A stretch of 53,639 nucleotides of DNA from an uncultured Flavobacteriia bacterium (GCA_903887095.1 CAISOQ010000203.1:1-53639), one strand, 5' to 3'. Positions 25,372-34,792 are shown, counted from the stretch's first letter. Made by a program: numbers and translations. Notes: a model not told the origin generated them from the letters alone.

Positions 25372-27085
25372 GATCAAACTACTTCTTGTTTGCGGTTTAG
25401 CAGCAATTGTTGCTTTACTCATGCTGTTTACAGATGTTGGCTCCCAGAATCGAACGGCTGAACCTACCTATGTTTCGGCAGATTGGTCAAAAAAATACGG
25501 ATTGAAGGATTTCGAGCCGAAAGGATTTTTCTTATTTAGTAAATTTTTGAAGGAGCGATTAACTGGTCGGGGCGAGATCTATCCATTAACCAATGCCCAA
25601 ACCATTGATTCAGTGGTGGATTCAGGGTCGACACTTTTTTTTATAGGCGAAAATTTCGCATTGAAGGATAGGGAGTTGCGCGATGTTATTGAAAAGGTTG
25701 AAGAAGGAAATACCTTGTTTTTAAGTTGTGAACACATGACGCAGAATGTCATAGACATGTTGTTTGATTTCTACACAATGACCTATGAATATGAACCAAA
25801 GACAACTGTACATGTGTTGGACGAAATAACGCCATTTCGCAACAATAAAGAAAAATCATTCAGTTTTAATGCTGTTTTTCAAAATGACACAATAACGCGT
25901 GAATGGCGTGTTTTTGATGAAATCACCATTGTTGGGGAGGATCTTCAACTGATTACTTCTATCCAAAAAGGTGGGGACTATCCAAATTTTATTGTTTTTA
26001 AGCGTGGAAAGGGGAAGATTTTCTTGCACACGACTCCTGAATCATTGCTAAATTATCAGCTACTAAAGAAGGATGGGGCTCTGCATGCAAAATTTATTTT
26101 ACAAGCCTTTCCAAAAGACCAAAACGCATATTGGTTGGATTTTGCACAACTGACACGTTCAAAAGAGGAACCAAATTATGATGATTTTAGTGACGATAAA
26201 AAGGACAGGGATGAAAGCTATTTGCAGTTTTTATTTAGTAATGCAAACTTGCGCATTGGTATGTTACTTGCATTCTTTGGATGCATCTTATTTTTAATTT
26301 TTAGATCCAAACGTCAACGACCAGTTATTCCATTAAAACAGAAAGCAAGAAATACTTCTGTTGAGTTTTCCCGCACAGTTGCTTCAATTTTTTTGAGTAG
26401 ACAAAATCCACATGGGCTGCTTCAATTGCAAAAAAAGAATTTCTATGATCTTATTGCGCGTTATTTTTTCATCGATTTGAATGACACCAATAATGTACGC
26501 GCCATTGAATCGCTTTCGCAAAAAGCAAACGTGCCTGTTGATGAAATTCAAAAACTATTACAATTATTGGAGACAAAGGTAAAAATTAACGTGGATGAGG
26601 TCTATCTTTTTGATGTGAATAGGCGCATTAAATTATTTATTGCATCATCTGGAATTCAGCGCGGAACGCTTTCAGAAGGAATAAAGAAGTTTGAAGGTGT
26701 GGTAAGACGAGAATTGTTGATTTCAAGTGTTGCATTGATAAGTGGTCTTTTCGTGTTTCTTTTTGGACTTTGGTTGTTGACTAATGGCAGCGGTTTGGGT
26801 GCCGTCTGCCTTCCAATTGGGACAGTAACCATTTTAATTGCTATTCGTCGTTTTTCTCGTCCGGTTCTTCAGTATCAATCAAAAGCACTCATATACCACC
26901 CACTTTTAGCTAAGAAAAAAGACTTTTTATGGAAGGATTTATTGAGTGTTGAAAATGAGCAAAACGGGCTGCAATTCTATTTTAAAGATGGCCAAAAATT
27001 AAAAATAAAATGGAGCGAAATCAGTAGATTTGATCAAGTTCATTTCGAAAGATTTGTGAATAATTACCTTAAAAACAACAAGTAA
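25361..27085 (+). CDS. DUF4350-like membrane protein with a C-terminal 2-TM plus beta-rich extension
   Basis: N-terminal TM, a large extracytoplasmic domain, a central TM, then a helical region. Position and architecture match the DUF4350 partner of MoxR/DUF58 operons. It overlaps the upstream gene by 11 nt. Confidence 0.55.
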   Translation: MSNKIKLLLVCGLAAIVALLMLFTDVGSQNRTAEPTYVSADWSKKYGLKDFEPKGFFLFSKFLKERLTGRGEIYPLTNAQTIDSVVDSGSTLFFIGENFALKDRELRDVIEKVEEGNTLFLSCEHMTQNVIDMLFDFYTMTYEYEPKTTVHVLDEITPFRNNKEKSFSFNAVFQNDTITREWRVFDEITIVGEDLQLITSIQKGGDYPNFIVFKRGKGKIFLHTTPESLLNYQLLKKDGALHAKFILQAFPKDQNAYWLDFAQLTRSKEEPNYDDFSDDKKDRDESYLQFLFSNANLRIGMLLAFFGCILFLIFRSKRQRPVIPLKQKARNTSVEFSRTVASIFLSRQNPHGLLQLQKKNFYDLIARYFFIDLNDTNNVRAIESLSQKANVPVDEIQKLLQLLETKVKINVDEVYLFDVNRRIKLFIASSGIQRGTLSEGIKKFEGVVRRELLISSVALISGLFVFLFGLWLLTNGSGLGAVCLPIGTVTILIAIRRFSRPVLQYQSKALIYHPLLAKKKDFLWKDLLSVENEQNGLQFYFKDGQKLKIKWSEISRFDQVHFERFVNNYLKNNK

Positions 27086-28128
27086 TGTCAGAAGAAATTA
27101 ATGATATCCAATCAAATGAAATGTCTAACGAATCCAATAATTCTAGTCAGGAAGGATTTGGTTTTGAAAGGTCAAAAGCGGAACAAATATGGTTGACAGG
27201 AAAAGTAAGTGAAGTGAGGGCTTTGCTATCGCAATATGTTATTGGTCAACATGAAGCCATCGAATTGATGCTTACTGGCATTTTTTCAAATGGCCATTTG
27301 TTGTTGGAGGGAGTTCCTGGTGTTGCAAAAACACTTTCAGCAAAAGTATTGGCAAAAGCACTCAACATAGATTTCAGCAGAATTCAGTTTACTCCGGATC
27401 TTATGCCGTCCGACGTGATAGGAACCAGTGTTTTCAATATGAAAGAAGCAACTTTCAATTTTAAAAAGGGCCCGGTATTTTCAAACATCGTATTAATTGA
27501 TGAGATCAATCGTGCGCCTGCAAAAACACAGGCAGCGCTTTTTGAAGTTATGGAGGAGCGACAAATAACATACGATGGCGTTCATTACAATATGGAATTT
27601 CCATTTTTGGTTGTAGCTACTCAGAATCCAATTGAGCAAGAAGGAACCTACAACCTTCCGGAAGCGCAGCTTGATCGCTTTTTATTCAAAGTAAAAGTGC
27701 ATTATCCTGAATTAAATGAAGAGGAAGAAATTATGCAACGCTATAAAAACAATCTTTCCTCACCTGACCTAACACAAATTAAAGCAGTGTTGAACGCAGA
27801 AGAAATTCGCCGAGCACAAAAGTCTGTTGAGGATGTTGTTATAGAGGACAATTTGGTGAAATACATTGCAGCTATTACGCTGAAAACCAGAAATCATGGA
27901 AAGATCTACTTAGGAGGTTCACCGCGTGCTTCTTTGTCAATGCTAAAATCATCAAAGGCAATAGCAGCAATCAAAGGAAGAGATTTTGTTACGCCAGAAG
28001 ATATTCAATTTGTTGCAACACCTGTTCTCAATCATAGAGTTATTCTTACACCCGAAGCAGAGATGGAGGGTGCAACGCCGGAGCAACTAATTACAGAAAT
28101 TATTCAATCGATAGAAGTGCCGCGTTGA
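27085..28128 (+). CDS. MoxR-family AAA+ ATPase
   Basis: LLLEGVPGVAKT (Walker A), VLIDEINRAP (Walker B), ATQNPIEQEGTY.LPEAQLDRF and GGSPRAS. Confidence 0.93.
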   Translation: MSEEINDIQSNEMSNESNNSSQEGFGFERSKAEQIWLTGKVSEVRALLSQYVIGQHEAIELMLTGIFSNGHLLLEGVPGVAKTLSAKVLAKALNIDFSRIQFTPDLMPSDVIGTSVFNMKEATFNFKKGPVFSNIVLIDEINRAPAKTQAALFEVMEERQITYDGVHYNMEFPFLVVATQNPIEQEGTYNLPEAQLDRFLFKVKVHYPELNEEEEIMQRYKNNLSSPDLTQIKAVLNAEEIRRAQKSVEDVVIEDNLVKYIAAITLKTRNHGKIYLGGSPRASLSMLKSSKAIAAIKGRDFVTPEDIQFVATPVLNHRVILTPEAEMEGATPEQLITEIIQSIEVPR

Positions 28129-29459
28129 TGCGATTCATTGGGTCCATATTTTTAAGCCGAATGTTCTTTTGGGTGTATGCAGCGGTAATTTTGCTGTTTG
28201 TAACTGCGTATGTTTTCCCGTGGATGAGGTTGTTGGCTTTTACAGCCCTATTTGTTCTAATAGGCTTGACAATCATTGATGCCCTCTTACTTTTTCTTCA
28301 CAAGGAACCTTTGAGATTTGAACGAAAAATAACCGCTCGCATGAATTTGGGAGACCAAAATGAGGTAACGTTGATGGTAACAAATGATTCAAAGCAGCCA
28401 GTTTTTGTGAAATTGTATGAATCTTTTCCGAGAGAAATTGCTGACCGATCTGTAATGTTTGCTGGACTTATTTCAGCAAACCAAGTTATGCACCACTCCT
28501 ATTCTTTTTGTCCCAAAGAACGCGGAAATCATCATTTTGGCAGAGCATATTTGATGATGTCTTCTTTATTGGGCTTGACTGAAAGAAGAATAATTTTTCA
28601 AGCAGAGCAGCAAGTTGAGGTGTATCCATCCGTTTTGCAGATGCGAAAATATGAGCTTCTTGTTTTTCAGCAACAAAAACTGAGTTCAGGAATTAAAAAA
28701 ATTAGAAGACTAGGGAATACCAACGAGTTCGAGCAAATAAAATCATATGTCCAAGGGGATGACATAAAACGCATCAACTGGAAGGCAACGAGTCGAAAAA
28801 ACGAGTTGATGACGAATCAGTACCAAGAAGAAAAGTCGCAACACATCGTTTGTATTATTGACAAAAGTCGCAGTATGCAGAACCGATTTGAAGATATGAC
28901 TCTGCTGGATTACGCAATCAATTCTGCGCTTGTCTTTTCAAACATTGCATTAAGAAAAGGTGATAAAGCGGGATTGTTGACTTTTGCAGATAAAATTGGA
29001 TCCCAATTGCTTGCGGATAGAAAAGCCGGGCAATTGCGCAGAATAATGAAAGAACTATATAATCAGCGGACACATTTTCTTGAGCCAAATTATGAGTTGC
29101 TTTTTCAAACGATACGCCGAACTGTTAAAACAAGGTCTCTATTGGTACTTTTCACACAGTTTGAAACAGAATTTGCGATGCGACGAAATCTTCCAATGCT
29201 TCGTCGATTGAATCAACAGCATTTATTGTTAGTTGTCTTTTTTGAAAACACTGATTTAAAAGAAATGGCAAATAACCCAGTCGCGACATCAGAAGAATTG
29301 TTTCAATCTGTAGTTGCTGAGCGCATGTCTACGATCCAACACCGCATTGCGCTGGAATTAAATAGAAATGGCATTCAAACTGTTTTAACTACCCCTGGAG
29401 AATTGAGTGTTAAAACAATCAACAAATACATTGAGTTAAAAGCGAAAGGTGCGATATAA
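28128..29459 (+). CDS. DUF58 domain protein (vWA-like MoxR partner) with N-terminal TM helices
   Basis: The signature EFEQIKSYVQGDDIKRINWKATSRKNELMTNQYQEE followed by IVCIIDKSRSM. The ATG at 28128 overlaps the MoxR stop (TGATG). Confidence 0.88.
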   Translation: MRFIGSIFLSRMFFWVYAAVILLFVTAYVFPWMRLLAFTALFVLIGLTIIDALLLFLHKEPLRFERKITARMNLGDQNEVTLMVTNDSKQPVFVKLYESFPREIADRSVMFAGLISANQVMHHSYSFCPKERGNHHFGRAYLMMSSLLGLTERRIIFQAEQQVEVYPSVLQMRKYELLVFQQQKLSSGIKKIRRLGNTNEFEQIKSYVQGDDIKRINWKATSRKNELMTNQYQEEKSQHIVCIIDKSRSMQNRFEDMTLLDYAINSALVFSNIALRKGDKAGLLTFADKIGSQLLADRKAGQLRRIMKELYNQRTHFLEPNYELLFQTIRRTVKTRSLLVLFTQFETEFAMRRNLPMLRRLNQQHLLLVVFFENTDLKEMANNPVATSEELFQSVVAERMSTIQHRIALELNRNGIQTVLTTPGELSVKTINKYIELKAKGAI

Positions 29460-29461
29460 AA

Positions 29462-29488
29462 AAAGGCCATCTAAATGAGACGGCCTTT
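29462..29488. terminator. Bidirectional terminator between the MoxR operon and the convergent lipoprotein gene
   Basis: GGCCATCT-aaatg-AGACGGCC (8-bp stem with one mismatch), flanked by an A-run upstream and TTT/A-run downstream. Confidence 0.6.
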
Positions 29489-29507
29489 AAAAAAGAAAAA
29501 GTTAAAA

Positions 29508-29933
29508 TTATTTCTTCTCACATTTTGAAACATCACCAGTGTCAGGATCTTTCATCCAAAGCTCTTTGCTTGTTAGTCGCGTGATAATGGATGTTGTTGT
29601 AATAGATTGTGTTTGTCCAAACAAAGAATAAGTAACAGTTGCCTGCAATTGTTCTTTATCATTTGCAAACTGCCATGTTCCAGTATAAGTTGTTGAACCA
29701 GAAGTATAAGTATACGTACCGTCTTTGTCAAGTGTGAAAGTGTCAGTTGAAGAATCAGCTGTTACTTGACCATCAGTTCCATCAACATATTCTACTGGAT
29801 CCCAAGTTCCTGAAAGACGTGCCTTTTTAGTTAATAAAGAAAGTCCTGGACCATCTTCATATTTTCCACAAGAAGCAAAAACAAAAGTCAATCCAGCAAG
29901 TAGAAACAAGCTACGGTTAATCATTTTTTTCAT
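29508..29933 (-). CDS. Small lipocalin-like lipoprotein
   Basis: Signal peptide with lipobox (LTFVFASC) and an LSGTW...TGTWQF pattern typical of lipocalin-like domains. Confidence 0.65.
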   Translation of the reverse strand: MKKMINRSLFLLAGLTFVFASCGKYEDGPGLSLLTKKARLSGTWDPVEYVDGTDGQVTADSSTDTFTLDKDGTYTYTSGSTTYTGTWQFANDKEQLQATVTYSLFGQTQSITTTSIITRLTSKELWMKDPDTGDVSKCEKK

Positions 29934-30019
29934 TTTATAGATTTTTTAAGTTTGGACAAATTTAAACGAAAAAGTCATTAATGCAGCTAATTGACAGAGG
30001 AATTAGTTGTTTTTAAAAG

Positions 30020-30027
30020 TATATTTG
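30020..30027 (+). promoter_or_regulatory. -7 promoter box TATATTTG upstream of the carboxyltransferase gene
   Basis: Exact TAnnTTTG match 25 nt before the ATG at 30053. There is no well-spaced -33 TTG. Confidence 0.35.
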
Positions 30028-30052
30028 GCCCGAATAGTTGAACCTTGAGAAA

Positions 30053-31594
30053 ATGAGTAGAGATAAAGTCCTAATCGATAAACGAGAAGCCTCTAAGCTA
30101 GGTGGCGGCCAGCCCCGCATTGACAAACAGCATCAGCAAGGAAAATTGACAGCTCGCGAGCGGATAACTTTGCTTCTGGATGAAGGCACTTTTCAGGAAA
30201 TCGGACAATTCGTTGAGCACAGAGCAACCACATTTGGACTCGAAAAGCAGCACTTTGCTGGGGATGGAGTGGTGACGGGATTTGGGACGATTCACGGAAG
30301 ATTGATTTATGTTTTTTCCCAAGATTTTACTGTTTTAGGTGGCTCATTGTCTGAAACGCATGCTGCAAAGATCTGCCGCATTATGGATTTAGCCATGAAA
30401 AATGGTGCTCCAGTAATTGGATTAAATGATTCGGGTGGAGCAAGAATACAGGAAGGTGTTGTTTCTTTGGCTGGTTATGCAGATATATTTTATCGCAACA
30501 CAAGAGCATCTGGTGTGGTACCTCAGATTTCGGTGATCATGGGACCATGTGCTGGGGGAGCAGTTTATTCACCTGCATTGACAGATTTTATTTTCATGGT
30601 GGAGGAAACCTCTTACATGTTCGTCACAGGACCAAACGTGGTCAAGACAGTTACACACGAAGAAGTCAGTTCGGAAGAGCTTGGGGGTGCTAAAGCACAT
30701 GCTGAGAAATCGGGAGTAAATCATTTTACCGCTACAAATGATGTAGAATGTTTGAAAAAGGTACGTGATCTCGTTACTTATTTTCCTCAGAATGCCAGTG
30801 AAATGGCACCTCAACCGCAGCAATTTAGTTTCAATCCTTCAAAAAAAGAAGCCATTCGTTCAGTGTTGCCTGAAAATGTGAATGTTCCATACGACATTCG
30901 AAAAGTGGTAGAATGCGTTATCGATGACAATAGTTTTAGAGAAGTTCAAGAGGATTTTGCTAAAAACATTGTAGTAGGATTTGCTCGTTTAGAAGGGCGT
31001 TCTATTGGTATTGTTGCAAATCAACCGGCTGCTTTAGCTGGTGTTTTAGATATAGATGCATCACGAAAAGGCGCTCGATTTGTTCGTTTCTGTGATTCGT
31101 TCAATATTCCGTTATTGGTTTTTGAGGATGTACCTGGATTCTTGCCTGGAACAGATCAGGAATGGCGAGGAATCATTACGCATGGCGCAAAATTATTGTA
31201 TGCTTTTTCGGAAGCAACCGTACCTCGAATTACAGTAATTACGCGTAAAGCATACGGCGGTGCTTTCGACGTTATGAATTCTAAAAATATTGGGGCTGAT
31301 ATGAACTATGCATGGCCAACAGCAGAAATAGCTGTAATGGGAGCGAAGGGCGCGGCTGAAATTATTTTCAAACGCGAAATAGCAGAAGCAGCCAATCCAG
31401 AGGAAAAATGGAAAGAAAAAGAAGCAGAATATGCCGATCTTTTTGCCAATCCATACCGCGCAGCGGAAAGGGGAATTGTGGATGATGTCATCTTGCCCGA
31501 AGAGACAAGAGACAAACTGATTGCGGCATTCAAAATGTTGGAAAACAAGGCGGAAACATTACCGTACAAAAAGCATGGGAATATCCCCTTGTAA
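30053..31594 (+). CDS. Acyl-CoA carboxylase carboxyltransferase subunit (propionyl-CoA carboxylase beta / methylmalonyl-CoA carboxyltransferase family)
   Basis: Strong family resemblance throughout ([61 protein letters not shown]). The track start at 30038 is TTG. Confidence 0.92.
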   Translation: MSRDKVLIDKREASKLGGGQPRIDKQHQQGKLTARERITLLLDEGTFQEIGQFVEHRATTFGLEKQHFAGDGVVTGFGTIHGRLIYVFSQDFTVLGGSLSETHAAKICRIMDLAMKNGAPVIGLNDSGGARIQEGVVSLAGYADIFYRNTRASGVVPQISVIMGPCAGGAVYSPALTDFIFMVEETSYMFVTGPNVVKTVTHEEVSSEELGGAKAHAEKSGVNHFTATNDVECLKKVRDLVTYFPQNASEMAPQPQQFSFNPSKKEAIRSVLPENVNVPYDIRKVVECVIDDNSFREVQEDFAKNIVVGFARLEGRSIGIVANQPAALAGVLDIDASRKGARFVRFCDSFNIPLLVFEDVPGFLPGTDQEWRGIITHGAKLLYAFSEATVPRITVITRKAYGGAFDVMNSKNIGADMNYAWPTAEIAVMGAKGAAEIIFKREIAEAANPEEKWKEKEAEYADLFANPYRAAERGIVDDVILPEETRDKLIAAFKMLENKAETLPYKKHGNIPL

Positions 31595-31595
31595 T

Positions 31596-32546
31596 TTAGT
31601 TGTGCAAAATATCAATTGCCTGGGCATATTTTGATTTTGTAACCGGCCCAAGGTTGTATTTTGTTTCAGCTTCCTTTTGAAAGCTGTCTATTAGTTGAGC
31701 TCCGCGTTCAGGAATGAAAAATTTGTTTTCGACTTCAAATTCAATCAAATCAATTGTGCGGGGATTTTCTTCAAGCGGCACAAATTGACTTTTGTCTAAT
31801 GAAGCTTCAAAAATCCAATTCAATGTATCGTTCTCCTGTAATTTTTTTGGCAATTCTTTGAACGCAATTTGATTTCGAATTGTAGATCTATAGAGCGAAT
31901 CGTTTTGTTCTGGATCTATCACCCCGTGGAATCTGCTTCTTAATGATTTTCCAACCAAAACAGGTGCAAATGAACCAATCATTGCATCGTTAAAAAGAAC
32001 CGCATTCAGTGATTTTAATTGTTGAAAGGGAAGAATGGGTGCATTTGACTTGAAAATCAACCATTCTTGCAAGGTCTCTCGGCATTTTTGCAACGCTATA
32101 GTTGGAATTTTAGTGTCAGCAAAATCAAACAGTGGGTCGATAATGTCGGTTAGGTGAATGATCGATGTGTCTTGAAGAAATTTATAGAAAGACAAATCGG
32201 ATTCTTCTACTTCCATTCTAACACCATTTAGGTCAACCATTTCGCTTTTTAATTGAAAACTATAGCTAACCCCATTCTCATTCGAAATGCGTTTTCTAAA
32301 GCGCAGAGAGTAACCATTGCGCTTCAAAGTATAGTCCGGTGAATCGAGGTACAAATCATAGTAAACATCATCTGCGTGATGCAAAAGAGAAATGCCACCA
32401 ATCGTCGGGTCTTTCTTAAGTGAAACTTCAAATGTATCCGCATTCTTTACACAATATTTGCGCTGCTCTTCAATGCCTTGGGAATAAGAACACGACAACT
32501 TTATAAGGAATATAAAGCTTAAAACGAAGTTTGTTTTATTTGCCAT
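31596..32546 (-). CDS. CYTH-like (triphosphate tunnel metalloenzyme fold) protein with a signal-peptide-like N-terminus
   Basis: CYTH strand pattern read in order: FEVSLKK, VYYDLYLDSPDYTLKRNGYSLRFRKR, YSFQLKS, RMEVEE, VGKSLRSRF, FEASLD, IEFEVEN and a C-terminal KSKYAQAI. The N-terminus is MANKTNFVLSFIFLIKLSCSYSQ. Confidence 0.6.
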   Translation of the reverse strand: MANKTNFVLSFIFLIKLSCSYSQGIEEQRKYCVKNADTFEVSLKKDPTIGGISLLHHADDVYYDLYLDSPDYTLKRNGYSLRFRKRISNENGVSYSFQLKSEMVDLNGVRMEVEESDLSFYKFLQDTSIIHLTDIIDPLFDFADTKIPTIALQKCRETLQEWLIFKSNAPILPFQQLKSLNAVLFNDAMIGSFAPVLVGKSLRSRFHGVIDPEQNDSLYRSTIRNQIAFKELPKKLQENDTLNWIFEASLDKSQFVPLEENPRTIDLIEFEVENKFFIPERGAQLIDSFQKEAETKYNLGPVTKSKYAQAIDILHN

Positions 32547-34194
32547 AATTGCGCATTCTTCCTTTGAAATTAATGTAACTAATTGGATAAGTTGCCAAAT
32601 CAGCTGCCTTTAGTAGCTTGCCTTTTTTTACTACACATTTTCCGTTTTCATGAATGGTAAGTTGCTTTGTGAATGCTATTGGATGGGGATCTAGAACATG
32701 AAATGCCCTGAGAATAGACGCACGTCGTGATGCCATTTTATGAAAATAAAGCTCACCTATTGCCTTTGGCCAATGCGCCGCTTCAATCATTGATCGCAAT
32801 CCAACAGAATCAATGGCAGCTATTTTCAATGCCATCCAACGCAAGTCCTCGTAATTCGTTTTCTTGTAAAGATCGACAAGTGAATTCATGCGACTGGTAA
32901 ACACCAGTTTTTGACCTTTTATTTTCACTGCCTCCCAAGGAAGTTCATTGACTAATCCGACCTTGAAATCTTGATTTAGCCATGAAATATGGACGCCCAT
33001 ACTTGTTCCAAGATCAGAAAAAATGGCGGATAACCTATAGTGTTTATTGCCTTTGTTAACAAGCGTTAATGCTGTGTTATCTTCTTTTGTATCCCAGTTG
33101 TCAATAAAGATCTGCGCCAAAAGCGAACCCCGCAATTCCATGCGTGAGTCGTTTTTTAAAGCATAAGGCATAAAGGAACCTAATCGTTTTACTCGATCTG
33201 GCCGAGCCTCTAACGAACATTCGACAAATTGAGCATAAGGCTTTCCAATGAATGGGGTTAAGGATGGAAGGGACTTTGCCATCTCCCCTGTTACTTTTCC
33301 AGTTTTACCCATATAGTTTTGAATGTTGACACCGTATTTTATGTTGAGGCTATCAAGCAATTCTTCAGGCGTCTTCACATTAGAAACACCATCAAAAATT
33401 AAAATGAGATTTTCAGTGTAATAATAAGGATGGTCAACATCATAACCCAGTCCAGCAAACAGTCTTGAGCAGAAGATATCGGTGTGCACTTCATCTCCCC
33501 ATTTTATAATCCATTTATTTTCAATGTCTAAATCAAGGACTTCAAATTTTGGAGCAGATCCTCCTATGCTGAATTGATTCGCCAAAACAATCATTTGGGT
33601 TTTCGCATTGATCTTTTTTTTCTTGGCAAGCAAATCAAATCGTTCTTCGGGACACAGACTATCAACTAACTCAGTAAAGAAAGAAGAATAAATCGATTCG
33701 TATTCAGTTGAAAAGTTTGCTTGTGGAATAGCAATACGACGGGAATTTTTGCTTTTTAGGGTGTTCAGAAAAAGTTGTTTCTTTTCATGAAATGAAAGTT
33801 TAATTGTTGAATTACTTTCTGCTTTTTGAATGAATGATAACCGCATCCACTCCAGTTGGTAGACTAATTCTATTGTTTTAGTATCAATTTTTTTCTTGAG
33901 TAAATAGGCTAACTCTAATTGTTCACTGATCGTTTTAACGTAACGGATAAATGCTTTTTTTCTGGCAGGCAATAAAAATCCATCTTTGTAAAGTGCATTG
34001 GGATCTGTAAGTAAATTACAAGTAGACCTTATGTGCTCCAGGTTTACGAGTGAATCTTTCTGGAAATAAAACGACAGTTCTACAGGCATAGGGATAGTAC
34101 TTGCCACAGGAGATGCAACTTGAGAGTAGATAGGCGACGTGGAATAAAAAACAAATAGCAAAAATGTTTTCAGTAGCCCTCGTAATAGAAACAT
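32536..34194 (-). CDS. Hypothetical exported protein with atypical protein/lipid-kinase-like motifs
   Basis: The first ATG (34194) gives MFLLRGLLKTFLLFVFYSTSPIYSQ, which looks like a signal peptide. WIIKWGDEVHTD is Lys/Glu-like, IFIDNWDTKEDN is catalytic-loop-like and FSDLGTS is DFG-like. The kinase call is inference only. Confidence 0.5.
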   Translation of the reverse strand: MFLLRGLLKTFLLFVFYSTSPIYSQVASPVASTIPMPVELSFYFQKDSLVNLEHIRSTCNLLTDPNALYKDGFLLPARKKAFIRYVKTISEQLELAYLLKKKIDTKTIELVYQLEWMRLSFIQKAESNSTIKLSFHEKKQLFLNTLKSKNSRRIAIPQANFSTEYESIYSSFFTELVDSLCPEERFDLLAKKKKINAKTQMIVLANQFSIGGSAPKFEVLDLDIENKWIIKWGDEVHTDIFCSRLFAGLGYDVDHPYYYTENLILIFDGVSNVKTPEELLDSLNIKYGVNIQNYMGKTGKVTGEMAKSLPSLTPFIGKPYAQFVECSLEARPDRVKRLGSFMPYALKNDSRMELRGSLLAQIFIDNWDTKEDNTALTLVNKGNKHYRLSAIFSDLGTSMGVHISWLNQDFKVGLVNELPWEAVKIKGQKLVFTSRMNSLVDLYKKTNYEDLRWMALKIAAIDSVGLRSMIEAAHWPKAIGELYFHKMASRRASILRAFHVLDPHPIAFTKQLTIHENGKCVVKKGKLLKAADLATYPISYINFKGRMRNYGK

Positions 34195-34204
34195 CTGTGT
34201 GATT

Positions 34205-34792
34205 TTACAATCGAATACCAAGAGATAGCGTTGGCACAAATGTAATTGGTTTTAATTTTTCTGTTCGCTTTGAATCACTGCTCCACGGACTGATGTATGC
34301 AACCCCACGAAGCTGAGGATTTACATAGAGCATTTGCTTGTACAAGTACAATTCGTAACCCACATAAGCAGTAGCAAGAAAGGTTTCAATTCGGAGTTGT
34401 TTCAATCCCGGAGCTTCAATATTAAAGTATTCCCATCCTACAATTGCTCCAATTACTGGGTTACTTTCTGTTTTGAACAATGGAATTTTATATCGAGCAA
34501 CTGCAGCCAATTCAAATCCTAATCGAGCATTCGTGCTTTCAGGAACGTTTTCAAACATGCTCTTTTTTAAACCATCGGGCACATCAAGAGCGAGGGAATA
34601 AAGGCCTATATTAAAGTCATGTTTTTTAGACACTTTATACATGATTTGTCCACCAAAACCTTTGTAAATAAAACTCAAGGGCTCAACCTCCAAACGCCAT
34701 TTTTTCGATGCATCCTGGGTTTCTGATTGGGCTAACAAAATATTCGTCAAAAATAGAAAAGACCAAATGCCTATGAACACTAACTTTTTCAT
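34205..34792 (-). CDS. Small putative outer-membrane beta-barrel protein
   Basis: The ATG at 34792 gives MKKLVFIGIWSFLFLTNILLAQ (signal peptide). The rest shows alternating hydrophobic beta-strand periodicity with aromatic girdle residues. The track start at 34885 is TTG. Confidence 0.5.
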   Translation of the reverse strand: MKKLVFIGIWSFLFLTNILLAQSETQDASKKWRLEVEPLSFIYKGFGGQIMYKVSKKHDFNIGLYSLALDVPDGLKKSMFENVPESTNARLGFELAAVARYKIPLFKTESNPVIGAIVGWEYFNIEAPGLKQLRIETFLATAYVGYELYLYKQMLYVNPQLRGVAYISPWSSDSKRTEKLKPITFVPTLSLGIRL

